A DNA stretch of 64,000 bases from Candidatus Zixiibacteriota bacterium (GCA_037441845.1 JBBIRK010000003.1:1-64000); one strand, 5' to 3'. Numbered from the stretch's first letter, positions 54,133 to 63,107 are shown. Program-made: numbers and translations. The notes: generated by a model from the letters alone, not told the origin.

Positions 54133-54498
54133 CTATTTAAGTAAAAGCATCTGTTTGGCGATAGTCTTCGCGGGCGTTTCAAGGCGATAGATATAGACCC
54201 CGCTTGCCACCCCGATTCCGGCGTCGTTCCGGCCGTCCCAGATGGCGGATTTATATCCGGCGCTTTGCTGCTCGTCGATTAATTGGCGCACTTTGCGGCC
54301 GGCGATATCGTAGATGGTCAGATTGACCTGACAATCGATCGGCAGGTCGTATCTGATCTCGGTGGTGGAGTTGAACGGGTTGGGGGAGTTGGGGAGGAGG
54401 GTGAAGCGGGCCGGAAGTTCGCCCGCCAGCCGCTTGCCCCAAGGAGAATCAATCGGGGCAATGGTGGCGGATACCAGGTAATCATATCGGAATAGCAA
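54133..54498 (-). pseudogene. Orphan T9SS/FlgD-like C-terminal domain, probable 3' remnant of a larger gene
   Basis: PNSPNPFNSTTEI..IYDIAGRKV..WDGRN..ASGVYIY..MLLLK, but no signal peptide or passenger; in-frame stop at 54571-54573. Confidence 0.6.
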
Positions 54499-54648
54499 AA
54501 TTGACCGGCTTGCCCGACAAGCCTTCCAGCACGATCTTCGCTTTCGTCTTTGAATCCCGCTGCCGTCTCTTCATGACCGATCTCCTTTGTGTAATCAGCC
54601 ACAAGATACTCCCTTAATTCCTCTTGTCAATTAAAGGGGAGCAGTATA
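54482..54648 (-). mobile_element. Truncated IS3-family-like left end: IR, promoter and start of transposase orfA
   Basis: Minus strand TATACTGCTCCCCTTTAATTGACA, TTGACA-N16-TATCTT, SD AAAGGAG, ATG 54574: MKRRQRDSKTKAKIVLEGLSGKPV, then a stop after 30 aa. Confidence 0.6.
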
Positions 54649-54819
54649 AGGTATACTAATGCTATTACCGTCGCCCGCATAAAGGCGATTCCGATTTTGG
54701 CTTATATTTAATATAGTGCGCTGATTACTATTGTCACTCGATATCGACAGAAAGCGATCGAGCAGCGCGGCACTGGCCGATCGGCCATATGAATCAAAAG
54801 TGCATTTTTTGCTTTCTCT

Positions 54820-54848
54820 TTGACATGAATCCTATTGACGTCTATAAT
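54820..54848 (+). promoter_or_regulatory. Perfect-consensus sigma70 promoter of xerD
   Basis: TTGACA-N17-TATAAT, 8 nt before ATG 54857, no SD. Confidence 0.8.
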
Positions 54849-54856
54849 CCGACCAA

Positions 54857-55744
54857 ATGCTCGAACTGATCGACCGGTATCTCGAAAGTCTGCGGCTCGA
54901 ACGCGGATCATCGATAAATAGTGTCGAAAGTTACGCGCACGATCTTCGCCGGTTCGCCGAATTCATAGGCGAAAAGCCGCTCCGGCGGATAAGCTCTCTT
55001 GACATAACCGATTTTCTCATCACTCTTCAACAGAAAAATCTATCCAGCGGTTCGATCGCCCGCAATCTGAGCGCGATAAAGGGGTTATTCCGGTTTGCCC
55101 GACGGAAAAACCTGATTAAAAGCGATCCCGCCGCCGCAATACCCGGCCCGAAAATATTCAGGCCTCTTCCGGCCACCCTGACCGTTCAGGAGGTTTTCGC
55201 GATACTGGATGCTCCCGATATTGCGACCCCGCTGGGTCTGCGCGATAAGGCTTTTCTGGAATTCTTATACGGGACCGGCTGCCGCATATCCGAGGCTTTG
55301 AATTGCCGCAAGTCCGACTTGATGCCGGAGCTTCAGCTGGTTAAACTGCTGGGCAAGGGAAAGAAGGAGCGGGTCGTTCCCATGGGTAAAGCCGCCTGGA
55401 CTGCGCTCGGTCGATATCTGGATCTCGGCCGCCCTCGGCTTGCAAATAGCAAGAGCGCCGATTACCTGTTTCTGGGAGCCCGGGGGAACCCACTGAGAAG
55501 AATGGCCGGCTGGAGGATAGTCCGAAAGTATTCGCTCAAAGCCGATATTCGGGGCGAAATATCGCCTCACACATTGCGGCATAGTTTCGCCACGCACATG
55601 CTCATGGGGGGGGCCGATCTGGTAGCGGTGCAGGAACTGCTCGGACATGCCGATATATCAACAACGGAGATCTATACGCACCTTGACCAGGATTTCATCA
55701 TCTCGGAACATCGGGAATTCCACCCGAGGGAAAAGTGGAAATGA
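54857..55744 (+). CDS. xerD: Tyrosine recombinase XerD
   Basis: LERG.S.NSVESY..DL, RD.A.LE.LYGTGCRISE, GKGKKER, SPHTLRHSFATH, LLGHADISTTEIYTH. Confidence 0.92.
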   Translation: MLELIDRYLESLRLERGSSINSVESYAHDLRRFAEFIGEKPLRRISSLDITDFLITLQQKNLSSGSIARNLSAIKGLFRFARRKNLIKSDPAAAIPGPKIFRPLPATLTVQEVFAILDAPDIATPLGLRDKAFLEFLYGTGCRISEALNCRKSDLMPELQLVKLLGKGKKERVVPMGKAAWTALGRYLDLGRPRLANSKSADYLFLGARGNPLRRMAGWRIVRKYSLKADIRGEISPHTLRHSFATHMLMGGADLVAVQELLGHADISTTEIYTHLDQDFIISEHREFHPREKWK

Positions 55745-56727
55745 CGACGAGACCTTCCCAATCGACCGCGACCGATGATCGAAAGCCGCAAAGCCGCCCG
55801 AAATTCCATTGCGCGTTGTCGCAGCGGGGAACGGCCGTGGAGGACAGGATTCTGCGATCGATACAATCGTATGATGTGATTATCCATCATTTCGGTTCGT
55901 TCGCCGAGCTATACACCCACAGCCAACGCGTAATGATAGAGATGATAGTCCTTGCCGGCAACGGCCCAACCGACTGGATGATGGAAATGCTGCCTCTCAT
56001 AAAGCGCGATTCGACGCTGCAGTTCGTCCCCATCGTATTATTTCATCCCGCACCGGAAAGGGAGGTCATTCTCGATGCTTATCGGGCTGGTGTCGATGAG
56101 GTGGTGACCAATTTTTGGGACTACGACCTGGTGAGAGCCAAGATAGAGATGCTGGTCGCCCGCTCAAGGCGCGATCTGGGGGTCAATCCCACGACCCGAC
56201 TGCCTGGTCCGGCGGCGATCGAATTCGAAATAAATCTGCGGATCAAAAACGGCGAGGATTTCGCGGTTTGTTACGCGGATCTCGACAATTTCAAGGCTTT
56301 CAACGATTATTACGGCTATTTTTACGGAGATAAGGTCATCCTGATGACATCACATATAATCCGCAATACCGTCCACGATTTGGTCGAGGGTGGATTCGTC
56401 GGCCATATCGGTGGCGATGATTTTATTTTCGTCATTCCGATGGATAAAATTCATGTCGTATGCAAAAACATCATCGCCACTTTCGATCGGATGATACCAT
56501 ACAGGTACGACGAACGGGACCGCGAAAGAGGGTTCATAACCGTTGCCAATCGCCGCGGCGTAGTCGAGGAATTTCCGATCATGACCATATCGATCGCGGT
56601 GATGCCCAACCAGGCCCGAACTTTCACCCATGTTGGGGAGATCTCTCATATGATGGCCGATTTGAAAAAATATACGAAAACGCTTCCAGGGTCGAATTAC
56701 ATGATCGAAAGACGTCGGAAATACTGA
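55741..56727 (+). CDS. Diguanylate cyclase (GGDDF variant) with degenerate receiver domain
   Basis: NPTTRLPG, DLDNFKAFNDYYG...GD, HIGGDDF; ATGA overlap with xerD. Confidence 0.88.
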   Translation: MTTRPSQSTATDDRKPQSRPKFHCALSQRGTAVEDRILRSIQSYDVIIHHFGSFAELYTHSQRVMIEMIVLAGNGPTDWMMEMLPLIKRDSTLQFVPIVLFHPAPEREVILDAYRAGVDEVVTNFWDYDLVRAKIEMLVARSRRDLGVNPTTRLPGPAAIEFEINLRIKNGEDFAVCYADLDNFKAFNDYYGYFYGDKVILMTSHIIRNTVHDLVEGGFVGHIGGDDFIFVIPMDKIHVVCKNIIATFDRMIPYRYDERDRERGFITVANRRGVVEEFPIMTISIAVMPNQARTFTHVGEISHMMADLKKYTKTLPGSNYMIERRRKY

Positions 56728-56730
56728 CCT

Positions 56731-57222
56731 TCACTCGACGTCGCTTGATCCTCGATATTGTTTATCGTAGAAGTGTCGAAGGATTCTTTTTTGGCCATTA
56801 GAAATCGCACGATCTATTTTGATCACCGATTCCAAACGCGTGGTATAAGTCCAGCCGTTTTCGCCTTCGGTGCTCGGCATATCGCAATAGCCATAGGCCA
56901 TCACCCGGATCGTGGAGTCGGCCGGATTGAAATCATCCCAAACGACCTTGAAACGGCCTCCGTTGGCATAAAATTGCTTGGGCAACGCCCCTCTTTCGCG
57001 GGGGCCGTGGCATTCGATATGCCCCTTGGCGGCCTGAATTCCGGCATAGGCGGCTTCCTCGGCGATGGCGATAGGATCGGTAATCGAAACCGCGGTAGCC
57101 GAATGGTCGTCATTTTTTACTTTTCCGACCGTGATGCCGGCGGCAAGAAGAATTATACCGACGGCGATGAAAGTCAATAGAAAGTCGCCGCGATTCTCAT
57201 TGCGGAAAATTCCCGGTCTCAA
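56731..57222 (-). CDS. Hypothetical protein, PilX-N-terminal-like
   Basis: RNENRG then a hydrophobic helix, later AEEAAYAGIQAA. Confidence 0.5.
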   Translation of the reverse strand: MRPGIFRNENRGDFLLTFIAVGIILLAAGITVGKVKNDDHSATAVSITDPIAIAEEAAYAGIQAAKGHIECHGPRERGALPKQFYANGGRFKVVWDDFNPADSTIRVMAYGYCDMPSTEGENGWTYTTRLESVIKIDRAISNGQKRILRHFYDKQYRGSSDVE

Positions 57223-57344
57223 CCCGTATCCCCTTTGTTAATTTTGTGTATTAAATTGCACAAATGTCCTGAAACTTTATTTTTTATCCTGTTGTCCTTT
57301 AATTTCTTGGACGAATCTCATTAACTCATTCCGATGACATAGGG

Positions 57345-57360
57345 GGCAAACATGATGCCG
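57345..57360 (-). promoter_or_regulatory. Putative sigma54 (-24/-12) promoter for the PilX-like gene
   Basis: Minus strand CGGCAT-CATGT-TTGC (GG-N10-GC). Confidence 0.45.
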
Positions 57361-57470
57361 ATCGTAGCCGCTTGGCTGATTTTTTTAGGCCTTGATTTAC
57401 ATTGACAGCTTGGCCCGGTTCGGCTACATTGCCATGTTAAATTTCAATCGACCATGAAGGAGCGAACGGC

Positions 57471-58340
57471 GTGCGACGCTGGGGCCTGATTCTCATTTTC
57501 GCATTGTTGTTTTTGACTATGGCATCATCAAGTGGGTTCGCCCAGGGGGATCCCTATAACCCGGATTCGCTGATAACCCGGTCGATTTCGTATCTGCCTT
57601 ATCGGCCGGGATACTGGAGCGTTGCTTATATCCACCTGGATTTCGTAACCGATGAAGATGTGGTTTATTTTTACATTCCCCTGAGATGGAATTCGATCGA
57701 TGGCGAGATCTATGTAGGCTATACCGTGTGGCGCGATTTGACATTGTTATGGGACGAATATCTCGACTCGATCGCTATAACCGCAAGAACGGTCGTCCTG
57801 AGAGGAACCTGCGATCTCGGCGGCGGCCCCAACCCTCCGCTCAACACCTCGGGAGTGCGACGGAATCTGATTGACCTGCGCTTGGTCATAACCCCGCAAG
57901 CGTCGCCGCAGGAGGTGGTGATGGACACGGTGGTGGACAGGCCTTACAATTCGCTTCAATTCGGCCTTTCGGAAGGAATCGATTTCGTGCCGGCATTCGC
58001 AAAAACGAGATTCCAATACGGCGAGTTCGTGGGAATAGAAGATGAATTCGAGCGCTTAATCGATGACGAATTCGGACTGATGAATTTTCCCAACCCTTTT
58101 AACGATTTTACGACATTTTCGTTCTCGCTCGACGATTATGCAGACGTTGCCTTGAAAATCTACGATGCGGGCGGGCGGCTTGTGCGAACGCTTGTCGATC
58201 GGGATTACGATGCCGGCCATTACCGGATCGTATGGAACGGCGAAACCGACGATGGCTTAAAATGCGGCTCCGGTGTTTTCCTATGTCGTTTAGCGGTCCG
58301 CGGCAAGATATCATATCACAAAGTGATTTTATTGCGTTGA
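57471..58340 (+). CDS. Secreted cohesin-like domain + T9SS/FlgD-like CTD
   Basis: Signal peptide; DP..PDSL..VTDE....IPL.W..D.GG..NP.LNT..R; NFPNPFN..IYD..GR.V..WNG..SGV. Confidence 0.75.
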   Translation: MRRWGLILIFALLFLTMASSSGFAQGDPYNPDSLITRSISYLPYRPGYWSVAYIHLDFVTDEDVVYFYIPLRWNSIDGEIYVGYTVWRDLTLLWDEYLDSIAITARTVVLRGTCDLGGGPNPPLNTSGVRRNLIDLRLVITPQASPQEVVMDTVVDRPYNSLQFGLSEGIDFVPAFAKTRFQYGEFVGIEDEFERLIDDEFGLMNFPNPFNDFTTFSFSLDDYADVALKIYDAGGRLVRTLVDRDYDAGHYRIVWNGETDDGLKCGSGVFLCRLAVRGKISYHKVILLR

Positions 58341-58514
58341 TCACTCATCCAAAAGCCAGACAAATAACATAGGGATATCTTGATCGCTTCCGCCTCGAAT
58401 ATTCTGATTTCAGCATTGATTTTGCACGTAATTGCATCGCCATACAAAACCGCTGACGCATCTAACGGGAATTATTAATCGGCATTCCCTGACTGTACGA
58501 ATTAACCCTATTGA

Positions 58515-58527
58515 TATCAATGACTTA
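58515..58527 (+). promoter_or_regulatory. IHF consensus match (WATCAANNNNTTR)
   Basis: TATCAATGACTTA in an AT-rich intergenic region. Confidence 0.3.
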
Positions 58528-58644
58528 TTTTGCAAGAAAAATCTTGTATTATTCTAAAAAGCTTATATATTTGCACTTAGAAGTGGAAATGTTTTTGCTG
58601 TAGGCATTATTATGAGGACCTTTGGGTCAGGTCTTGGAGGATCG

Positions 58645-59484
58645 ATGATTAAGACGATATTTACTGTGATATTGACATTGTCGATTTTTGCAGTTTCCTA
58701 CGCCCAAGACCCGGGTTCGCGCGACAGCCTGATCATCGGCACGGTGATCGTTCCGCCTGGCGCTCCCTCGGTTATGGTCCCGATTTATGCCGTAACCGAC
58801 GACTCGATCGCTTCCATCACTTTACCGATCGAATGGGCATCGATGGACAACCGGATTTCTCCTGCGGGGATCTATTATTTCAATCCATTGATTTATTGGG
58901 ATTATCTTGCCGACACCATCGATTACACCAACGAAAGGTTGCTTATCCGTGGGATCAACGATATCGGCGGAGACAACAATCCGGTGCTTAACACCGCGTC
59001 TCAGCGGGTGGTGATAATCAGGATCAGGATCGCCATCCATTCCGGTGCCGGCGATCAATTCGTGACTCTTGCGCCGTATAATGACGCCACGCATGGCGGC
59101 CCTCGTTTCGGTTTGGCCAATGGAACCACGAGTTTCGCCCCGATCGTCGTATCCGGTGGAATCGATTTTACCCCGACATCGATCGAAGATCCCGATGTGG
59201 TTCCTGCGGAATTTCGTCTATATCAGAATTATCCCAATCCTTTCAACAACTCGACCGAGATTCGTTTCAGTCTGGCCCGACTATCCCATATAGATCTTGC
59301 CGTTTATGATCTGCTCGGTCGCAAAGTGAAAACGATCGCCTGCGGGGATTTCGCCGCCGGTGAGTATCTAGTCACCTGGGACGGCAGCGACAACGACGGC
59401 AATCAGGTTACATCGGGGGTTTACTTTTACGTCCTTCGCGATGGAGACGAAAGCGTCTCGAGGAAAATGGTCTTATTGAAATAA
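58645..59484 (+). CDS. Secreted cohesin-like domain + T9SS/FlgD-like CTD (paralog of 57471..58340)
   Basis: SD GGAGG; QDPGSRDSLIIGTV..VMVPIYAVTDD..LPIEW..DIGGDNNPVLNT; LYQNYPNPFN..SGVYFY..KMVLLK. Confidence 0.8.
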   Translation: MIKTIFTVILTLSIFAVSYAQDPGSRDSLIIGTVIVPPGAPSVMVPIYAVTDDSIASITLPIEWASMDNRISPAGIYYFNPLIYWDYLADTIDYTNERLLIRGINDIGGDNNPVLNTASQRVVIIRIRIAIHSGAGDQFVTLAPYNDATHGGPRFGLANGTTSFAPIVVSGGIDFTPTSIEDPDVVPAEFRLYQNYPNPFNNSTEIRFSLARLSHIDLAVYDLLGRKVKTIACGDFAAGEYLVTWDGSDNDGNQVTSGVYFYVLRDGDESVSRKMVLLK

Positions 59485-59515
59485 ATAGACCTAATCGATT
59501 TTATCCGCATATATC

Positions 59516-59540
59516 GCCGGCGAACCCAGCCGGCTTTTTT
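59516..59540 (+). terminator. Rho-independent terminator
   Basis: GCCGGC-gaaccca-GCCGGC-TTTTTT. Confidence 0.8.
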
Positions 59541-59956
59541 ATTTGTCGGTGATCATACTCGACGGAGAGCCTTTTTCCTGCTTCAGTCGGTTGATGACGA
59601 CAGGGAATGGCGATTTTCGTTTGTGCCCCAAAATAATCGTCGGCGAATTTCGGTTCGGCGGATCAAAATCAAAAAAATAACCGTGCATACGGATCTCATC
59701 GCCCCGGCTAATATATTAAGCGAGACAATATTAAGAAAAATCAGTAGATAAGCTCAAATGATCGGGAAATGCTTGAATATTATTCAATTGGGTTAATTTC
59801 AAAAAAATGCTTGCTGATACCTTAAAAATAATGTAAAATCCCCGCCATATTTCAAAATTGCCCCAAAGCAAGAACGTGCAGAGGAGGAATGTCGATGGAA
59901 TGAAATCGTGTCCGGAATGATTTTCAGTTGAACTAATAACCAAAAGGAGTTTTCAA

Positions 59957-61138
59957 ATGGCTTGTATGCCTAAAAGGGTTTTATTTCTAACGATTTTATT
60001 GTTTTTTATAGGAGCGAGTGCGGCGCCGCTTATGGCCACCGAAACCCGGGTTGGCTCGATGGGCGGCGTTGGAATGTATACCAGGGATAACTCGAACATC
60101 TTCTACTTCCCCGGTACTCTTTACGCTTATAAGAATCAGGTGGTCGGTGAGTTGAGGGTTCAAGCACTCGACAACAGCTACTCCGTCGGCGTTCATTATC
60201 CTGCCCGAAAGCAATGCGTGATCGGCGCCTATTTGAATCGGCCGATCCGTCTTGCCCCCGCCCTCGACGAATTTGGAATCGAAAATGTCACCCTTGATCA
60301 ATCGACCGACCTGCTTTACGGAAGGCAGATGGCCAATTTCGATTTCGGTTTCCGGCTATCTTTCGGTTTCGATAGCTATGACGATGGCGATACCGGAATC
60401 CTAAAAGAAGAAGAATCGGCCAGATATATCGGACTGGCCGCCGGGATTTCCAACAGCGTCATGGATCTCGGTGTTCAATTCGAGATGCCGTCGGCCAAGT
60501 GGGAACAAGATACTTTCTCGATCAAGTGGGGTGGAACCGCGCTCGGCGCGAACGGCCGGCTGTTCTATGGCGGGGAAACGCAGATCGTGCCGGTTGGAAC
60601 TTTTTACATGGCTTCGGGTTCGGTCAAGTTCACGCCCGATCCGGATCCGACCGCCAAGGTCGATTACAGCGCTATGAATGTAGGAGTCGGCATTGGTTTC
60701 AACCGCAAGATCAACGAGGATAACCTGCTGGTGATGGCGATCGAGTTGTTCGGCATGTCGAGCTACAAAATCGAACCAAAAGACACTACGAACTACATTG
60801 ATTACTACAACCAATCGATTTTGACTATGCCCGGTTTGTATATGGGCGTCGAATCGAAAATCAAGCCTTGGCTCACCGGACGTATCGGGGCGGCCCAAAC
60901 CTATCAAAAGTACACCAACAAAACAAGAAATTATGCTCCTGAGATTATCACCGAGACATTGTATGAATCGTCAGCCACCGTCAGTAACTTCAATGTCTCA
61001 TTCGGACTCGGTTTCCATTTCGGCGATTTCGATATCGATGCCGCGATCAACGAAGGGTTCTTTTTCGACGGGCCGTATTTCTTGAGCGGCGAAAACAATT
61101 CGATGGCCAACCGGTTGTCGGTGACCTATAATTTCTAA
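59957..61138 (+). CDS. Outer-membrane beta-barrel protein (unassigned family)
   Basis: Signal peptide, alternating aromatic/Gly strands, C-terminal beta-signal RLSVTYNF. Confidence 0.75.
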   Translation: MACMPKRVLFLTILLFFIGASAAPLMATETRVGSMGGVGMYTRDNSNIFYFPGTLYAYKNQVVGELRVQALDNSYSVGVHYPARKQCVIGAYLNRPIRLAPALDEFGIENVTLDQSTDLLYGRQMANFDFGFRLSFGFDSYDDGDTGILKEEESARYIGLAAGISNSVMDLGVQFEMPSAKWEQDTFSIKWGGTALGANGRLFYGGETQIVPVGTFYMASGSVKFTPDPDPTAKVDYSAMNVGVGIGFNRKINEDNLLVMAIELFGMSSYKIEPKDTTNYIDYYNQSILTMPGLYMGVESKIKPWLTGRIGAAQTYQKYTNKTRNYAPEIITETLYESSATVSNFNVSFGLGFHFGDFDIDAAINEGFFFDGPYFLSGENNSMANRLSVTYNF

Positions 61139-61160
61139 CGCAGGAAGGAATACGTAAGCT

Positions 61161-61379
61161 ATGAAAACTTACAAAATAATAATCGCCCTTTTTATGGCGA
61201 GCCTGTTGTTGCTGGCTGCCTGCGGCCAGATCGCCGGCAATAACCCGTTGGGAGCCACCGGCGGCGGCGAAAACGGCTACGGAATCCTCGATTCCTCTTC
61301 CTATGAATACTACAATCTCTTGGCCAATTTGCCTCAGCCTCCGGTGCAAGAAGAAGCCCCGACGAATCCTGCTCAATAA
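61161..61379 (+). CDS. Small lipoprotein
   Basis: MKTYK + hydrophobic core + LAAC lipobox; SD AGGAAGGA. Confidence 0.75.
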   Translation: MKTYKIIIALFMASLLLLAACGQIAGNNPLGATGGGENGYGILDSSSYEYYNLLANLPQPPVQEEAPTNPAQ

Positions 61380-61399
61380 GAGGGTCGTAAATGGCAATG

Positions 61400-61432
61400 A
61401 AAGAGCGGCCGAGATCGGCCGCTCTTTTTTTT
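61400..61432. terminator. Bidirectional Rho-independent terminator
   Basis: AAAGAGCGGCCG-agat-CGGCCGCTCTTT + T-run between convergent genes. Confidence 0.88.
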
Positions 61433-61436
61433 GCAA

Positions 61437-63107
61437 TTAATTGGACAGCGATAATGATTTGAAGACCAACCGCCTCAAGGGTGGCGGGAAAAAGTGGCAG
61501 TAGGAAAGGGTCGCGCTGCCCTTGAAATAGGCCACCAGGCGGGTTATATCCGAGCCGCGGAACTCGCAATTTCCGTTGACATCACCGGCGACATAGAGAA
61601 ACGTACCGGTAGAATCCATATAGCAGCTGTCGGGCGGGTTCGATCCCAGCCCCTTGAAATAGCGCACGCCGAATGTAACATCGCCGCCGATCCGGTTGCC
61701 GTCGCCGTTGATATCTCCGGGCAGATAATCGCAGGACGAACCGCCGCCGGGACGCATTCTTACGTCAACCCTGGAGGAGTCTCCCGCCGTCACTCCGACA
61801 TTTTCGATAACCGTGTCCTGGTATGATTGCTTGGATAGGCCGAGGTCGTAAGTTCCCTGCATCAAGGAAAGATAGTAATATCCATCTGCTGCGGTCGTAT
61901 CGTAGGCTACCGGATTTGTATTATCGAGCGCAACTACCTCCACACCGGCGATCGGCGTGGTTCCGCTGGTATCGGTAACCCTGCCGTAGAGTATGCCGTT
62001 TCCGGGTCCGAGATCGCTTTCCCACCAGACGATCTTGTCTTTGCGTTCGGAGGCGCCCACGATATCGATATCCCCGTCGCCGTCGAGATCGATCGGAATG
62101 GCCGATCGCGCATAGGCGAATGTATTTATCAAGTCATGGCGAGTGAATGTGTATGGCGCGGTTTGCTCGTACCAGTTGATAATGCTGTCGCGCCAGGCGG
62201 CCCCGGCGATATCCATATCGCCATCATGATCTATATCGGCCACATTGAAATCCCAGCAGCCTCTGATAAAATTATCGACCCAATAAGTGGTGAAAGTGCC
62301 GCCATCATTAACCAAGAGCAAAACATCATCGAGCCAGAGGTTGTTGGTCACGATATCCAGGTCGTTGTCGCCGTCCATATCCGCAACCGCGATCGAGGTG
62401 CTGAACACTGAATCGAGCTGGGTGATTTCGAACGGAGTGAAAACCTCGCTGCCATTGTTCATATAACGGGTTACTTCTTCATAGGCAGCTCCGCCGATTA
62501 TGTCCATGTGGGTGTCCAGATCGAGGTCGGCAATCGTCACCGCATAGGGATATCTGAAATTATTATCCACGGTGAACTTCGTGAATACGCCGCTGCCGTT
62601 GTTTTGCCACCAAGCCAAAGTATCGGCCCAAGTCCCCACGGCCGCAAAATCGTAATCGAGATCGCCGTCGATATCGGCCGCCTTGACTTCATGGACATAC
62701 TCAAAATTAGTCGTTATCACGTGGCTGGTGAAATTTTCGGAACCGTCGTTTTCGTACCAATTGATCAAGCCTACATTCGAGGTCCCGGCGGCGGTGGCCA
62801 CGATATCGAGATCGCCGTCACCGTCGAAATCGGCCACATCGACGTATTTAGTGCTTTCGAATGCCCCATCGATTATGTAGCGGGTGAAATTCTGGGCGCC
62901 GTCGTTTTCATACCAAACTACGTCATCGGCGTCTTTGGCGGCGCCGACTATATCGAGATCCCCGTCATGATCGAGATCTATCACTAGGATATCCCAGATT
63001 CCGTTGATGTTAGGATCGATATCATGGGCCGTCCAGTTGATTTGGCCGTAAGCTGCGCCGACTTTGATCGCCAGTACTGCCGCCATGACCGTTATACATC
63101 TTCGCAT
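61437..63107 (-). CDS. Secreted FG-GAP/VCBS-repeat protein + carboxypeptidase-regulatory-like domain + dockerin-type C-terminus
   Basis: SD GGAGGT before ATG 63107; seven D.D.DGD.DI-like repeats with WYEN; GDINGDG..GDVTFGVRYFKG and GDVNGNC..SDITRLVAYFKG. Confidence 0.9.
   Translation of the reverse strand: MRRCITVMAAVLAIKVGAAYGQINWTAHDIDPNINGIWDILVIDLDHDGDLDIVGAAKDADDVVWYENDGAQNFTRYIIDGAFESTKYVDVADFDGDGDLDIVATAAGTSNVGLINWYENDGSENFTSHVITTNFEYVHEVKAADIDGDLDYDFAAVGTWADTLAWWQNNGSGVFTKFTVDNNFRYPYAVTIADLDLDTHMDIIGGAAYEEVTRYMNNGSEVFTPFEITQLDSVFSTSIAVADMDGDNDLDIVTNNLWLDDVLLLVNDGGTFTTYWVDNFIRGCWDFNVADIDHDGDMDIAGAAWRDSIINWYEQTAPYTFTRHDLINTFAYARSAIPIDLDGDGDIDIVGASERKDKIVWWESDLGPGNGILYGRVTDTSGTTPIAGVEVVALDNTNPVAYDTTAADGYYYLSLMQGTYDLGLSKQSYQDTVIENVGVTAGDSSRVDVRMRPGGGSSCDYLPGDINGDGNRIGGDVTFGVRYFKGLGSNPPDSCYMDSTGTFLYVAGDVNGNCEFRGSDITRLVAYFKGSATLSYCHFFPPPLRRLVFKSLSLSN

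Noticed and set aside
54318..54602. ORF MADYTKEIG... as the frameshifted N-terminus of the orphan CTD
   Set aside because: It has no signal peptide, and the same DNA is better explained by the transposase-like frame starting at 54574
54857..55744. Tyrosine recombinase as a possible prophage/integron integrase
   Set aside because: Length and motifs fit housekeeping XerD; no att sites, tRNA, cassette array or phage genes are nearby
56260..56430. Hypr (cGAMP-producing) GGDEF
   Set aside because: The specificity position retains Asp (YGD) rather than Ser/Thr
58421..58436. TTGCACGTAATTGCA resembling a sigma54 promoter
   Set aside because: It lacks the invariant GG and the spacing is one base short
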